A stretch of DNA of 64,000 nt from Bacteroidales bacterium (GCA_045114175.1 JBGUJZ010000029.1:24223-88222), one strand, 5' to 3'; counted from the first letter of the stretch, positions 27,915 to 36,101 are shown. Notes: generated by a model not told the origin, from the sequence alone. Translations and numbers: made by a program.

Positions 27915-29207
27915 TTACAGGGCTGCTTTCACCGCGCGCGCCTCATCGGTCAGATTCTGGAAGATGGGCAGGAACTGCTTGAGTTTCAGCTTGCCGTAGA
28001 GCACCTCCGGATGGAACTGGACGCAGAGGATCTTGTCGCCCTCCAGCGCCTCCACCACGCCGTCATCGGCCCGTGCCGTCACTTTGAGGCTGGAGGAGAT
28101 CTTGACCGATGAATAATTATGGCTGGTGTTGACCGTCACCACCGTATCCTTGAGCAGTGCCGCCAACCGGGAATCCTTGTCAATGTGGATGGTGTGGAAA
28201 TAGGTTTCCACGTTGAGACCCAGATTCTCTTTGGTGTCCGGATCAACTGTCTTGTGGGCGACCGTAGAATTCGGATAGGTATCCGTCACCAACAGGGTCG
28301 TGCCACCCAGCACTTTGTTGATGCTTTGATGCCCCTGGCAGATACCCAGCAGCGGTTTGCCGGCGGCAATGGCGGCCCGGATGACTTTGTAATCGTAGGT
28401 GCCGCGACTCGTGGTATCGCCCGAGAAAGAGCCGGGGATAATGATGGCATCCACCTCATCCACATACGCTTTTGCAAGCGCGTCGGTGGTGGTATACTGC
28501 GGAAAGACTTTGCACTTGGCGCCGGCGGCGGCCAGACACCTTATGTAATAGCCATGGGTGGTCTCACCCATTCCCGAGCGGGTAATGCCCACCGTGACAT
28601 CCTTCACGACCGTCGGCGGCGTATCGGGATCCGTTCCGGGATCGGGCTCGGGCACGCCATCGCACCTGACCATCAGCAGCACGAGCGCAAGTAACGCCAG
28701 CGTCTGCTTTGCCTTGCGGGCGAATTCAAATAAAGCCTTCGGGAGATGGCAGTAGCCGGTCGGATTCTTGTCCAGGTAATCCTGGTGGTAATCTTCTGCC
28801 CGATAGAAGTTTTGCAGGGGGAGCTTCTCCACGGCCAGCGGCGCATCGAGCTTCTGCTGCTCAGCGGCAAAAACCTCCTCTATCTGCGGCAGGTCGGCCG
28901 GATCGGTGTAATAGACGCCGGTGCGGTAGCGCGTGCCGGTATCCTCGCCCTGCTTGTTCAGGCTGGTCGGATCGATGGCCTTGAAAAAGAGCTCCAGCAG
29001 GAACTTCAGCGACACCTGGGCCGGATCGTAGGTCACGTGCACCGTCTCCGCATGGCCGGTGGTATCGGTATAGACCTGCTTGTAGGTCGGATTCTCCAGG
29101 TGGCCATTGGCAAAGCCGACTTCGGTGGAGACCACCCCCTGAATCTGCTTCAGGTAATGCTCTGCGCCCCAGAAGCAACCGCCAGCCAGATAGATTTCGC
29201 GCGTCAT
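27915..29207 (-). CDS. msrA: Fusion ORF: MsrA (peptide-Met-S-oxide reductase), a hydrophobic/lipobox-like segment, and a class-I glutamine amidotransferase (peptidase C26, PuuD-like) domain
   Basis: 430 aa. N-terminus MTREIYLAGGCFWGAEHY...GYCHL is a complete MsrA. Next comes RKAKQTLALLALVLLMVRC. The rest carries GICQGHQ and VQFHPE, the GATase Cys/His/Glu triad. There is no stop and no in-frame ATG/GTG/TTG at the junction. Confidence 0.8.
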   Translation of the reverse strand: MTREIYLAGGCFWGAEHYLKQIQGVVSTEVGFANGHLENPTYKQVYTDTTGHAETVHVTYDPAQVSLKFLLELFFKAIDPTSLNKQGEDTGTRYRTGVYYTDPADLPQIEEVFAAEQQKLDAPLAVEKLPLQNFYRAEDYHQDYLDKNPTGYCHLPKALFEFARKAKQTLALLALVLLMVRCDGVPEPDPGTDPDTPPTVVKDVTVGITRSGMGETTHGYYIRCLAAAGAKCKVFPQYTTTDALAKAYVDEVDAIIIPGSFSGDTTSRGTYDYKVIRAAIAAGKPLLGICQGHQSINKVLGGTTLLVTDTYPNSTVAHKTVDPDTKENLGLNVETYFHTIHIDKDSRLAALLKDTVVTVNTSHNYSSVKISSSLKVTARADDGVVEALEGDKILCVQFHPEVLYGKLKLKQFLPIFQNLTDEARAVKAAL

Positions 29208-29210
29208 AGA

Positions 29211-30344
29211 TTAGAGTTTGAAAGGAACCGTGGTATCGTAGTCGTACCAACTGCGCAGGGACAGCGTAAGATTCTGCTGGTCATAGACATTGCTAAACTG
29301 CGTGTCTTCCACCGTGCCGTCCTCCCAGATGAGGTCTTTCCAGTGGACCAGCGCCAGGCACTCCTGCGCCTGTTCAAAGGTCAGCGTGCCATTGTGCTCA
29401 TTCAGGTATGCACCGGCCGTTTCGTAGCGCCACCAGCTGCGGCTGTGCGGGTTGCCGACGGCCGGATCGGGCGTGGTGGTGTAGTATTTGGGCGAAAGGA
29501 GATGGTTGGTCACGAGCATCGCGTTCTCCCCTTCCGGCTTGTTGACAATCATCGTCTTCCAGCCGTCTTCCTTATCAAATTCAATGACAGCCACATCGCC
29601 GTAGGCATCGGCCACCATGTAGTGATAGCCCGAACCGACGGTCGCATCGTGGCAGACGTCGAGCATGGAGAGCAGGTCCAAGGCCTCGGACACCGTAGCG
29701 CAGCGATCCAGGAAGAGGCGCATAATGACAGTCGTGCCCACCTTGTGCAGGCCGCTCTCCTGCTGTGCAGCCTGATGCGGCAGGGCCATGATGGAGGTGC
29801 AGAGTCCCTTCTCGTTGATACCGTCCACCGGCGCATAGATGGCCGCCAGGCAGTTCACCTTTTTCAACAGTTTGGTGGGGAGCTTATCCAGTCCGTAGCC
29901 AAAGTGCGACATATCGCTGACCGAGATGGAGGCATACCCCTTCTTGGGATGGCAAATGGTCACCATGGACGGATTCTTGAAGTAGTCATAGTTGCGGCCG
30001 AACCAGTATCCGCCGCCCTCCGCTTTCGTGGCCTGGAAGCTGGTGCAGTTGAAAACCGTCACGTCCTGGCCTTCCTCTATCACCTGCGCGCTCTTGAGCT
30101 TGATAGGCAGCCCTTTGCCTACGCGTTTCACCACGTAGTCGAGCAATTTGGCGTTGCTGTCAATGTCCTTGGAAATGAGGTCGTCCAGATCGTAGGATGC
30201 CTTGTATTGCATTTGATAGAGATAGGGGTTGTCCCCTACCTGCTTGACCGTGCAGAGCGTGCGGATCTCGCCACCCCAGATGCATGCCACAGCCACGCAA
30301 AGCGCCGCCAGCACGCCAACAATCCAAAGGAGAACTTTCTTCAT
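29211..30344 (-). CDS. Membrane-anchored/secreted Ntn hydrolase, C45 (isopenicillin-N acyltransferase/carcinine hydrolase)-like or choloylglycine-hydrolase-like
   Basis: 377 aa. N-terminal hydrophobic segment MKKVLLWIVGVLAALCVAVAC. Candidate nucleophile Cys100 (VFNC|TSF) is followed by WFGRNYDY, a GRNxD-type motif. Confidence 0.65.
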   Translation of the reverse strand: MKKVLLWIVGVLAALCVAVACIWGGEIRTLCTVKQVGDNPYLYQMQYKASYDLDDLISKDIDSNAKLLDYVVKRVGKGLPIKLKSAQVIEEGQDVTVFNCTSFQATKAEGGGYWFGRNYDYFKNPSMVTICHPKKGYASISVSDMSHFGYGLDKLPTKLLKKVNCLAAIYAPVDGINEKGLCTSIMALPHQAAQQESGLHKVGTTVIMRLFLDRCATVSEALDLLSMLDVCHDATVGSGYHYMVADAYGDVAVIEFDKEDGWKTMIVNKPEGENAMLVTNHLLSPKYYTTTPDPAVGNPHSRSWWRYETAGAYLNEHNGTLTFEQAQECLALVHWKDLIWEDGTVEDTQFSNVYDQQNLTLSLRSWYDYDTTVPFKL

Positions 30345-30406
30345 GGCACTGTTACTATTTGGTTAACAGTGCGAAGATAGAAATTATTTCCGAATGAGCC
30401 CAAAGC

Positions 30407-30441
30407 GTGGCAGGTGGTCCAAATGCTGGACCACCTGCTAC
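30407..30441. repeat. REP-like palindromic element, copy 1
   Basis: GTGGCAGGTGGTCCA-AATGC-TGGACCACCTGCTAC: 12 perfect bp plus 3 further pairs, 5-nt loop. Near-identical to the elements at 35101..35135 and 35151..35185. Lies 5 nt downstream of the stop at 30447, so it may also act as a terminator. Confidence 0.8.
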
Positions 30442-30446
30442 ACTAT

Positions 30447-32921
30447 TTATTTTCCGGCGCCGATTCCGCTTCCGCCACCGGCGCGGGAAGCCTCTTCCAG
30501 TTCGCCGACGTTGCGGCGGCGGGTTGAGCTGGCTTTACCGAAACTCCAGGTAAGACCGACTGTCACCCTCTGCGAGAGGTATTTCTGCTGGAGAACGGAG
30601 ACCACTTTTCCGGTATTGGTATCGAGAATGTCGATATTCTGCTGGCTGGTACGGAAGATGTCCTGGAGTCCTGCATTGAGCGAGAGCGCTCCGTCGAAGA
30701 AGGTCTTGCGGAAGGCAATGTCCGAGGAGAAATTGGGGTGGATTCTGAGATAGGTGTAAACCATCGGCGTCTGCCCGTAAGCGTCCCACTCAATCTTCCA
30801 GTCAGCAGGCAGCGAAAAGGCGAGCGAAGTTTGGAAGAATCCGGAGTAACTACTTTGACTATAGGCGGTTGCGTCAGAGATATTCTGCATCCATACACCG
30901 GTGATAGAAACTGTCCAGTCAAGCCAGGAGGTCACGGGGAGAGCCGTCATGTTGGCGGATAGCCCTGCCTGATAGGTGCGTCCGAAGTTGCCCCACTCAA
31001 GCCGCTGGTTGCCGCTGGCGTCGTATGTAGGAATCTGTGTGGTAACCTGAGTCGAATACTGTCCGTGGGCAGCGAGCGAAAAATGCTGTCCGAAGCCAGC
31101 CTGGAGCCCTACCGAATTGGTAAACTCCGGCAGCAAGTCAGGATTACCCACCGTACTGGTGTGCGCATCTACATACTCCTCTACCGGGTTGAGGCTCCAG
31201 TAGCCGGGACGGTGCACACGACGGGTAAGCGAAAAGGCATAGTTCTGCTTTTCGGTGGGCCGCCAACCCACGAAGATCGTCGGGAACCAGTTCAGGTAGT
31301 GGCGGTGCGTTTCGGTGCCTGCCGTAATCCAGTCACCAAAGGTCCAGGTATATTCGGCTCTCAAACCGGCCTTGACACTCCACTTGGCACCCAGTTGACG
31401 GGCAAAGTTGAAGTAGGCTGCTCCGATATGCTCCAGATAGGTAAAGGAAGTCGTCATATCCATCGGCGAGAGACCTGTTTCAATGCGGCGCGTATCGTTG
31501 GCCGTTGAAGAGCGGGCCCACTTGGCGCCGGCTTCGAACATCGTAGAACCCCACAGAACGCGCTGGTAATCAGCCTTCGCTGAAAGGATGTTCAACACAC
31601 CGTCTCCGACAATCTGTCTGCCCGATTCATCCCAATTGGTAGCGCCTGCCGTCTGGGTCCAGATGTCCTGCTTGTTGTCGGAGAATTGTCCGTTGCGATA
31701 GGCGTCAAGGTTCACGGTAAGTTCCGCACCGCGCGCCTCGTCGAAGATATGCGTATAGTTGAGGTTGGCCGAAATCTGTGTATAACGGGAAGCGTTGGTG
31801 ATGGCAGACTCATCTTTCTGGAGTTCAGTCCCATCCAGCATCAGACGTGAAACGTTTTCGGGACGGCTGCTCTCGGTGCTCTCTGAATGCCAGGGGAGTC
31901 GGACAATGAATCCCAGTGTATTACGCTTGTCAACGAACCAGTCGTTACCCAGGGTGATACGGTTGCTGTAGTATCCGGTCTTATGGAAAGACTGCGAAAG
32001 CTGCTCCATCACTCCGGCCAGTGACTCGGTTTTTGTATCTACATCCAGATCCACATCCCAGCAATAGTCTCCATGGGAGAGATTCAGGAAGGTGTTGGTT
32101 TTATTTGTGCGCCAGGAGAGGTTTGCCCAGTCGTTGTCTTCCCAGGCGAAACGGTTGTGGGAACCAAAATACATTGCGCCGATCTCAGTGCCGATGCTAC
32201 CGTGCAGACCCGAAAGCATATTGCGCTTTGTGCGGATGTTGATGATACCGCCCGAGCCCTCTGCATCATATTTGGAAGAGGGGTGTTCGATGAGTTCAAT
32301 CTTGTCAATACTGCTACCCTCAGTTCCGCGCAGAAAAGCCTGCAGGGCCTTACCGTCCATGTGAGAGGGGCGGCCATCCATCCAGATAGCCACAGACTTT
32401 CCGTTCAGGGTGATATTGCCATCCTTGTCAATCACCACGCCCGGGGCTTTCTTGAGAATATCCAGGCCGTTGGACTGCTGTGCGATGGCGCTCTGGGCTA
32501 CATTCATCACCACCTTGTCAATCTTGACCTCCATAATGGGCGCTTTGGCTGTAATGCGCGCGCTTTCAAGCATCTGGGCGTCCTCTTCCAGCGCGACGGG
32601 CTGAAGCTCTGTACGGGGTGCCTGCACGGTAATGGTGAGGCTGCGGTCGCTATAGCCGATCAGCGAAACGCTGAGGATCCATTCTCCTTCGGGAGCGTTC
32701 AATTTGTAGCGGCCGTTTTCATCGGTGGATGTGCCGCCTATCAGCGTGCTGTCAGCCGCCATCAGGGCTACCGTAGCAAAGCCGAGCGGGGTGCCCGAAA
32801 CTTCCGTGACAGTTCCCTCCACGGGAATTAGAGTCTGCCGTGCGGCGAAGGCCGGCGTATAAGCCGAAGCGGCCGTGAAAAGCGCAAGCGCTGTAATAAA
32901 ATATAGGAGTCGAGTTTTCAT
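30447..32921 (-). CDS. TonB-dependent receptor-like outer-membrane beta-barrel protein (no SusD partner)
   Basis: I trimmed track ORF 30447..32984 to the ATG at 32921 (MKTRLLYFITALALFTAASAYT). Has a CarbopepD_reg-like domain (GTVTEVSGTPLGFATVALMAADSTLIGGTSTDENGRYKL), then plug and barrel. Confidence 0.8.
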   Translation of the reverse strand: MKTRLLYFITALALFTAASAYTPAFAARQTLIPVEGTVTEVSGTPLGFATVALMAADSTLIGGTSTDENGRYKLNAPEGEWILSVSLIGYSDRSLTITVQAPRTELQPVALEEDAQMLESARITAKAPIMEVKIDKVVMNVAQSAIAQQSNGLDILKKAPGVVIDKDGNITLNGKSVAIWMDGRPSHMDGKALQAFLRGTEGSSIDKIELIEHPSSKYDAEGSGGIINIRTKRNMLSGLHGSIGTEIGAMYFGSHNRFAWEDNDWANLSWRTNKTNTFLNLSHGDYCWDVDLDVDTKTESLAGVMEQLSQSFHKTGYYSNRITLGNDWFVDKRNTLGFIVRLPWHSESTESSRPENVSRLMLDGTELQKDESAITNASRYTQISANLNYTHIFDEARGAELTVNLDAYRNGQFSDNKQDIWTQTAGATNWDESGRQIVGDGVLNILSAKADYQRVLWGSTMFEAGAKWARSSTANDTRRIETGLSPMDMTTSFTYLEHIGAAYFNFARQLGAKWSVKAGLRAEYTWTFGDWITAGTETHRHYLNWFPTIFVGWRPTEKQNYAFSLTRRVHRPGYWSLNPVEEYVDAHTSTVGNPDLLPEFTNSVGLQAGFGQHFSLAAHGQYSTQVTTQIPTYDASGNQRLEWGNFGRTYQAGLSANMTALPVTSWLDWTVSITGVWMQNISDATAYSQSSYSGFFQTSLAFSLPADWKIEWDAYGQTPMVYTYLRIHPNFSSDIAFRKTFFDGALSLNAGLQDIFRTSQQNIDILDTNTGKVVSVLQQKYLSQRVTVGLTWSFGKASSTRRRNVGELEEASRAGGGSGIGAGK

Positions 32922-33024
32922 CTTAAAATGTTTTGCGTCCGTTAGACTGATAGCGGCTGCAAAAGGTTGCAAAGATTCGGCCAAGTTTTGCTAAATTCGC
33001 ACAGTTAACCTCACGGAACCGCCC

Positions 33025-34089
33025 TTGAAGATTCGGAAACTGCTCATATTGACGGTCTTTCTCTCCCTGCTGACAAGTTGCGGCGGGGGTGGAGGCGGCA
33101 TTGAGCCGGAAGCGCCGCCTTCGGGTGGCACCAATCCCTGGGATGCCAACCGCGGCAAGGTGGTCACCCCTTCCGGCGACGGATGGACCTCCAAGACCAT
33201 CGACGAGGGCGTGGTCTATTACGCCTATTCCGGGACGGATGCCGCCACGGGCCTGAAGGAAGAGGTTTTTGCCGTGGACCTGGATCTGTCCCGACCGCAG
33301 TATCGGGTGAAACTGCTTTATACGGCACCCCGTGTAACCGTGTCCGAGGCCTTCAAGCGGGATGCCAATACCGTTGCGGCGATGAACGCCAACTACGAGG
33401 TCAGCTCCATCTTCGTCCAGACAGAGGGCATCACCCGCTACCAGATCCCGAAAAATGTAATCGGCAACACGGATGTGCCCAACTGGAAGAGCGAGGCGGC
33501 TTTCACCTCCGACGGCGGGCGGAACCTTTCCATCTTCTTCGCCGGTTCACCCCAGCGCAACGGAAAACTTCCTGACAGCAAAGGGAAAACATATGACGAG
33601 GTCATTTCCCTCCAGCGGAACTATTATGCAAGTATCGCCGCAAGTTGTCCGCACCTGATTTCGAGTGCTCCGATGCTGATTGACGATTTCGAGCCCGTGG
33701 GGGAATCTTTCTGCGATTATACCTTGACCGATGCGCAGGCAAATGCCCTGAACGGGGAAGATCCGAACCGGCATCAGCGTGCGCTGCACCCCCGAACCGC
33801 CATCGCCCTGACGGAGAACAACCACTTCATCATGCTGGTGGTCGACGGCCGTACCAATTACAGCTCTGGAATGTCGGCGCGTGACCTCACCCGTTTTCTG
33901 GTCAAGTATTTCAACCCGCAGTACGCCCTCAATATGGACGGCGGCGGCTCCTCTACGCTGTGCGTCAAAGGGGAAGGCGATCCCGATACGCATGTGGTCA
34001 ACTATCCCTGCGACAATATCCCCGACAAGAACAGCCACGACCACTCCCACGAGCGCGCCCGGGATGTCCATTTCGTAATCTTGAAATAG
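33025..34089 (+). CDS. Lipoprotein, phosphodiester glycosidase (DUF2233/NAGPA-like) family
   Basis: 354 aa. Lipobox LSLLTSCGGGGGG. Motifs AAMNANY and ALNMDGGGSSTL are typical of the family. The ORF begins with TTG, and no in-frame ATG precedes the signal peptide. Confidence 0.72.
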   Translation: MKIRKLLILTVFLSLLTSCGGGGGGIEPEAPPSGGTNPWDANRGKVVTPSGDGWTSKTIDEGVVYYAYSGTDAATGLKEEVFAVDLDLSRPQYRVKLLYTAPRVTVSEAFKRDANTVAAMNANYEVSSIFVQTEGITRYQIPKNVIGNTDVPNWKSEAAFTSDGGRNLSIFFAGSPQRNGKLPDSKGKTYDEVISLQRNYYASIAASCPHLISSAPMLIDDFEPVGESFCDYTLTDAQANALNGEDPNRHQRALHPRTAIALTENNHFIMLVVDGRTNYSSGMSARDLTRFLVKYFNPQYALNMDGGGSSTLCVKGEGDPDTHVVNYPCDNIPDKNSHDHSHERARDVHFVILK

Positions 34090-34092
34090 GGG

Positions 34093-34965
34093 TTAATACC
34101 TGTCCAACAAATCGAATGTCTCCTCGCAGGAGATGCCGCATACCCGGGCTATCTGAACGAGGTTTGACGAAAAGCGGTAGCGCAATTGCCGGAGCAGTTC
34201 TCCCTTCTGGGCGTCGCTCAATTCACTGACGCCGGCGCGATGAAAAGTGGAATAGCACAGGTCCTGGACAGCGGCGCTCAACACCTGATCCCGAAATGCA
34301 GGGATATCCTTTTCACCGAACTCCGACTGACGCTTTGCCTTGGAAGAATTCTGGAGAAAATAGTTCATCCGCTTGGGTGTACGAAATCGTGACTCGACAA
34401 ATGAAACCTGGACATAGGATGCAGGCGAGATGAAGCCATCTGACAGGACCTTATACTTTGACGGGACTTCAAAATGGCTACGCAGTAGTTCACGCCTCGC
34501 TCTGAGAGAGAGACTCCCGACAGGCTCTCCCTTGTCATTAGACGGGTTGAAGAAGACATTGCCGGTCCCCCATGGATAAGCGTTAGCGTTAAGACAGATG
34601 TTGGCTGCCACACTATTCATCTGAACGTATGCGATTGCTCTTTCAAGGGCTTCGTTGCCGAGCGGAATCTCGCGCAAGTCAACATCGTTTCTCCGAAGCA
34701 ACTCTCTGGAGCCATACTTGTGACTGAAATACTGACCGTACAACTTCTTGAATCGAGTGATGAACAGCAGGCACTCTTCATACGTTCCCTGCAAGACAAA
34801 ATGCACGTGGTTGGACATCAGGATAAACGCAATGATAATCGCCCGCGAGGTGGCGGCTACGACGGCAACGTGGTTCATCCCCACTTTATAATCCGAGTCA
34901 TCTCTAAACCAGAGACTGTTCAAAAGATGGGCTGTGGTAACCAGCCAGAATTCCAAACTCTCCAT
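34093..34965 (-). CDS. REP-associated tyrosine transposase (RAYT, IS200-like Y1/HUH) with a C-terminal DnaA-C-like HTH tail
   Basis: HUH motif MSNHVHFVL. Catalytic-Tyr region AIAYVQMNSVAANICLNANAYPWG resembles Y-x2-x-N-P-V...YPWSS of RAYTs. I moved the start from the track's TTG at 35025 to the ATG at 34965 (MESLEF). Confidence 0.75.
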   Translation of the reverse strand: MESLEFWLVTTAHLLNSLWFRDDSDYKVGMNHVAVVAATSRAIIIAFILMSNHVHFVLQGTYEECLLFITRFKKLYGQYFSHKYGSRELLRRNDVDLREIPLGNEALERAIAYVQMNSVAANICLNANAYPWGTGNVFFNPSNDKGEPVGSLSLRARRELLRSHFEVPSKYKVLSDGFISPASYVQVSFVESRFRTPKRMNYFLQNSSKAKRQSEFGEKDIPAFRDQVLSAAVQDLCYSTFHRAGVSELSDAQKGELLRQLRYRFSSNLVQIARVCGISCEETFDLLDRY

Positions 34966-35100
34966 AATCTCTAAACAAACTGGCTGAAAACAAGACCGTC
35001 GCCAATCCTCCAGCCAAATAAACAATCTACATTACTGCGGCGACAGCCCAACAAAGGTAAGAAAAAAAGGTAGCCTTCGGAAAAAATGATAGACGTATGC

Positions 35101-35135
35101 GCCAGGTGGTCCATTCGTTGGACCACCTGCTACAC
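35101..35135. repeat. REP-like palindromic element, copy 2 (same orientation as copy 1)
   Basis: CAGGTGGTCCA-TTCGT-TGGACCACCTG followed by CTACAC, the same 3' flank as copy 1. 11-bp stem, 5-nt loop. Confidence 0.8.
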
Positions 35136-35150
35136 TTTTAGGGGGAAAAC

Positions 35151-35185
35151 GTAGCAGGTGGTCCAGCATTTGGACCACCTGCTAC
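35151..35185. repeat. REP-like palindromic element, copy 3 (inverted relative to copy 1)
   Basis: GTAGCAGGTGGTCCA-GCATT-TGGACCACCTGCTAC: perfect 15-bp stem. Loop GCATT is the reverse complement of copy 1's loop AATGC, and the flanks match copy 1 only when inverted. Confidence 0.85.
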
Positions 35186-35196
35186 GCTGCTAAAAA

Positions 35197-35228
35197 TTTG
35201 GTACGTCCCGAGCGATTTTCTATCTTTG
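35197..35228 (+). promoter_or_regulatory. Bacteroidota-type promoter for tRNA-Ser (-33 TTTG, -7 TATCTTTG)
   Basis: TTTG at 35197..35200 and a perfect TAnnTTTG at 35221..35228, 20 nt apart. The tRNA starts 13 nt downstream. Confidence 0.6.
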
Positions 35229-35240
35229 CCCTCCCAATCC

Positions 35241-35325
35241 GGAAGGTTGGCCGAGTGGTCTATGGCGGCAGTCTTGAAAACTGTTAGTCCGCAAGGGCTC
35301 AGGGGTTCGAATCCCTTACCTTCCG
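35241..35325 (+). tRNA. tRNA-Ser, anticodon UGA
   Basis: Hand-folded cloverleaf: acceptor GGAAGGT/ACCTTCC, anticodon loop CU-UGA-AA, 16-nt variable arm, T-loop TTCGAAT, discriminator G. CCA is not encoded. Confidence 0.9.
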
Positions 35326-35344
35326 CAAATGAAGTACTGAAAGC

Positions 35345-35372
35345 CGCGCGACCCTGTCGCGCGCTTTTTTTT
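35345..35372 (+). terminator. Rho-independent terminator after tRNA-Ser
   Basis: CGCGCGA-CCCTG-TCGCGCG followed by C and T8. Confidence 0.75.
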
Positions 35373-35420
35373 GAGAGTTGAAGCCGCTCGGAAAACTTGC
35401 TTTCCAGACGGCTTCAGTTC

Positions 35421-35443
35421 TCAAAACCCGACCGCAGGTCGGG
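35421..35443 (-). terminator. Rho-independent terminator after lspA
   Basis: On the minus strand, CCCGACC-TGC-GGTCGGG is followed by TTTTGAG, 15 nt after the lspA stop. Confidence 0.55.
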
Positions 35444-35458
35444 CAAATCCCGGAAGGA

Positions 35459-36091
35459 TTAAACCTCCGCCTCGGCGGGCTTCTTGCCGAAGAAGCGCCA
35501 GTGGAAGATCAGCAGGTAGAAGGCGCCGACCGTGATGCAGGAGTCGGCGAAGTTGAAAATCGGACGGAAGAAGATGACGTGCTTGCCGCCCCAGATGGGG
35601 AACCATGCGGGCAGGTCGGTGTCGATAATGGGGAAGTAGAACATATCCACCACCTTGCCGAAGAGAAAGCCCGCATAACCGCCGTCGGGGAACATCGTGG
35701 CCACCTGCGTGAGAGTGCTCTCCGAAAAGATGAGACCGTAGAACAGCGAATCGATGATGTTGCCCAGGGCACCGCAGAGAATGGCGGAGAGTCCGATCAA
35801 CACGCCCATCGGGGTGGTGGGACGCTTCAGCAGTTTGCGGATGTACAGGAAGATCACCACCACCAGCGCAACGCGGAAAATGCTGAGCAGCAACTTGCCG
35901 ACCGTGGCGCCGAGCTGCATGCCAAACGCCATGCCGTTGTTTTCGACAAAGTAGATCTGGAACCAGTTTCCGAATACATGAATGCTCTGCCCGAGCGTCA
36001 TATTGGTCTTGACCAGAATCTTGATGACCTGATCAATGACCAGCAGAAGGACGACAAGCAGAGTAATCTTCGTTCCGCGGGAGAGCTTCAT
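35459..36091 (-). CDS. lspA: Lipoprotein signal peptidase II
   Basis: 210 aa. Four TM segments, FVENNGMAFG and NFADSCITVG motifs. Confidence 0.93.
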   Translation of the reverse strand: MKLSRGTKITLLVVLLLVIDQVIKILVKTNMTLGQSIHVFGNWFQIYFVENNGMAFGMQLGATVGKLLLSIFRVALVVVIFLYIRKLLKRPTTPMGVLIGLSAILCGALGNIIDSLFYGLIFSESTLTQVATMFPDGGYAGFLFGKVVDMFYFPIIDTDLPAWFPIWGGKHVIFFRPIFNFADSCITVGAFYLLIFHWRFFGKKPAEAEV

Positions 36092-36101
36092 CGGCGGGAG
36101 T

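Larger units (their letters stand above)
34093..35185 (-). mobile_element. RAYT gene plus adjacent inverted REP doublet (REPIN-like unit)
   Basis: The Y1 transposase gene has two oppositely oriented copies of the same palindromic element about 135-220 nt upstream of its start. No terminal inverted repeats of a classical IS are seen. Confidence 0.55.

Noticed and set aside
28746-30380. 544-aa + strand ORF
   Set aside because: It spans two real minus-strand genes (the msrA fusion and the Ntn hydrolase) in antisense. It has no motifs.
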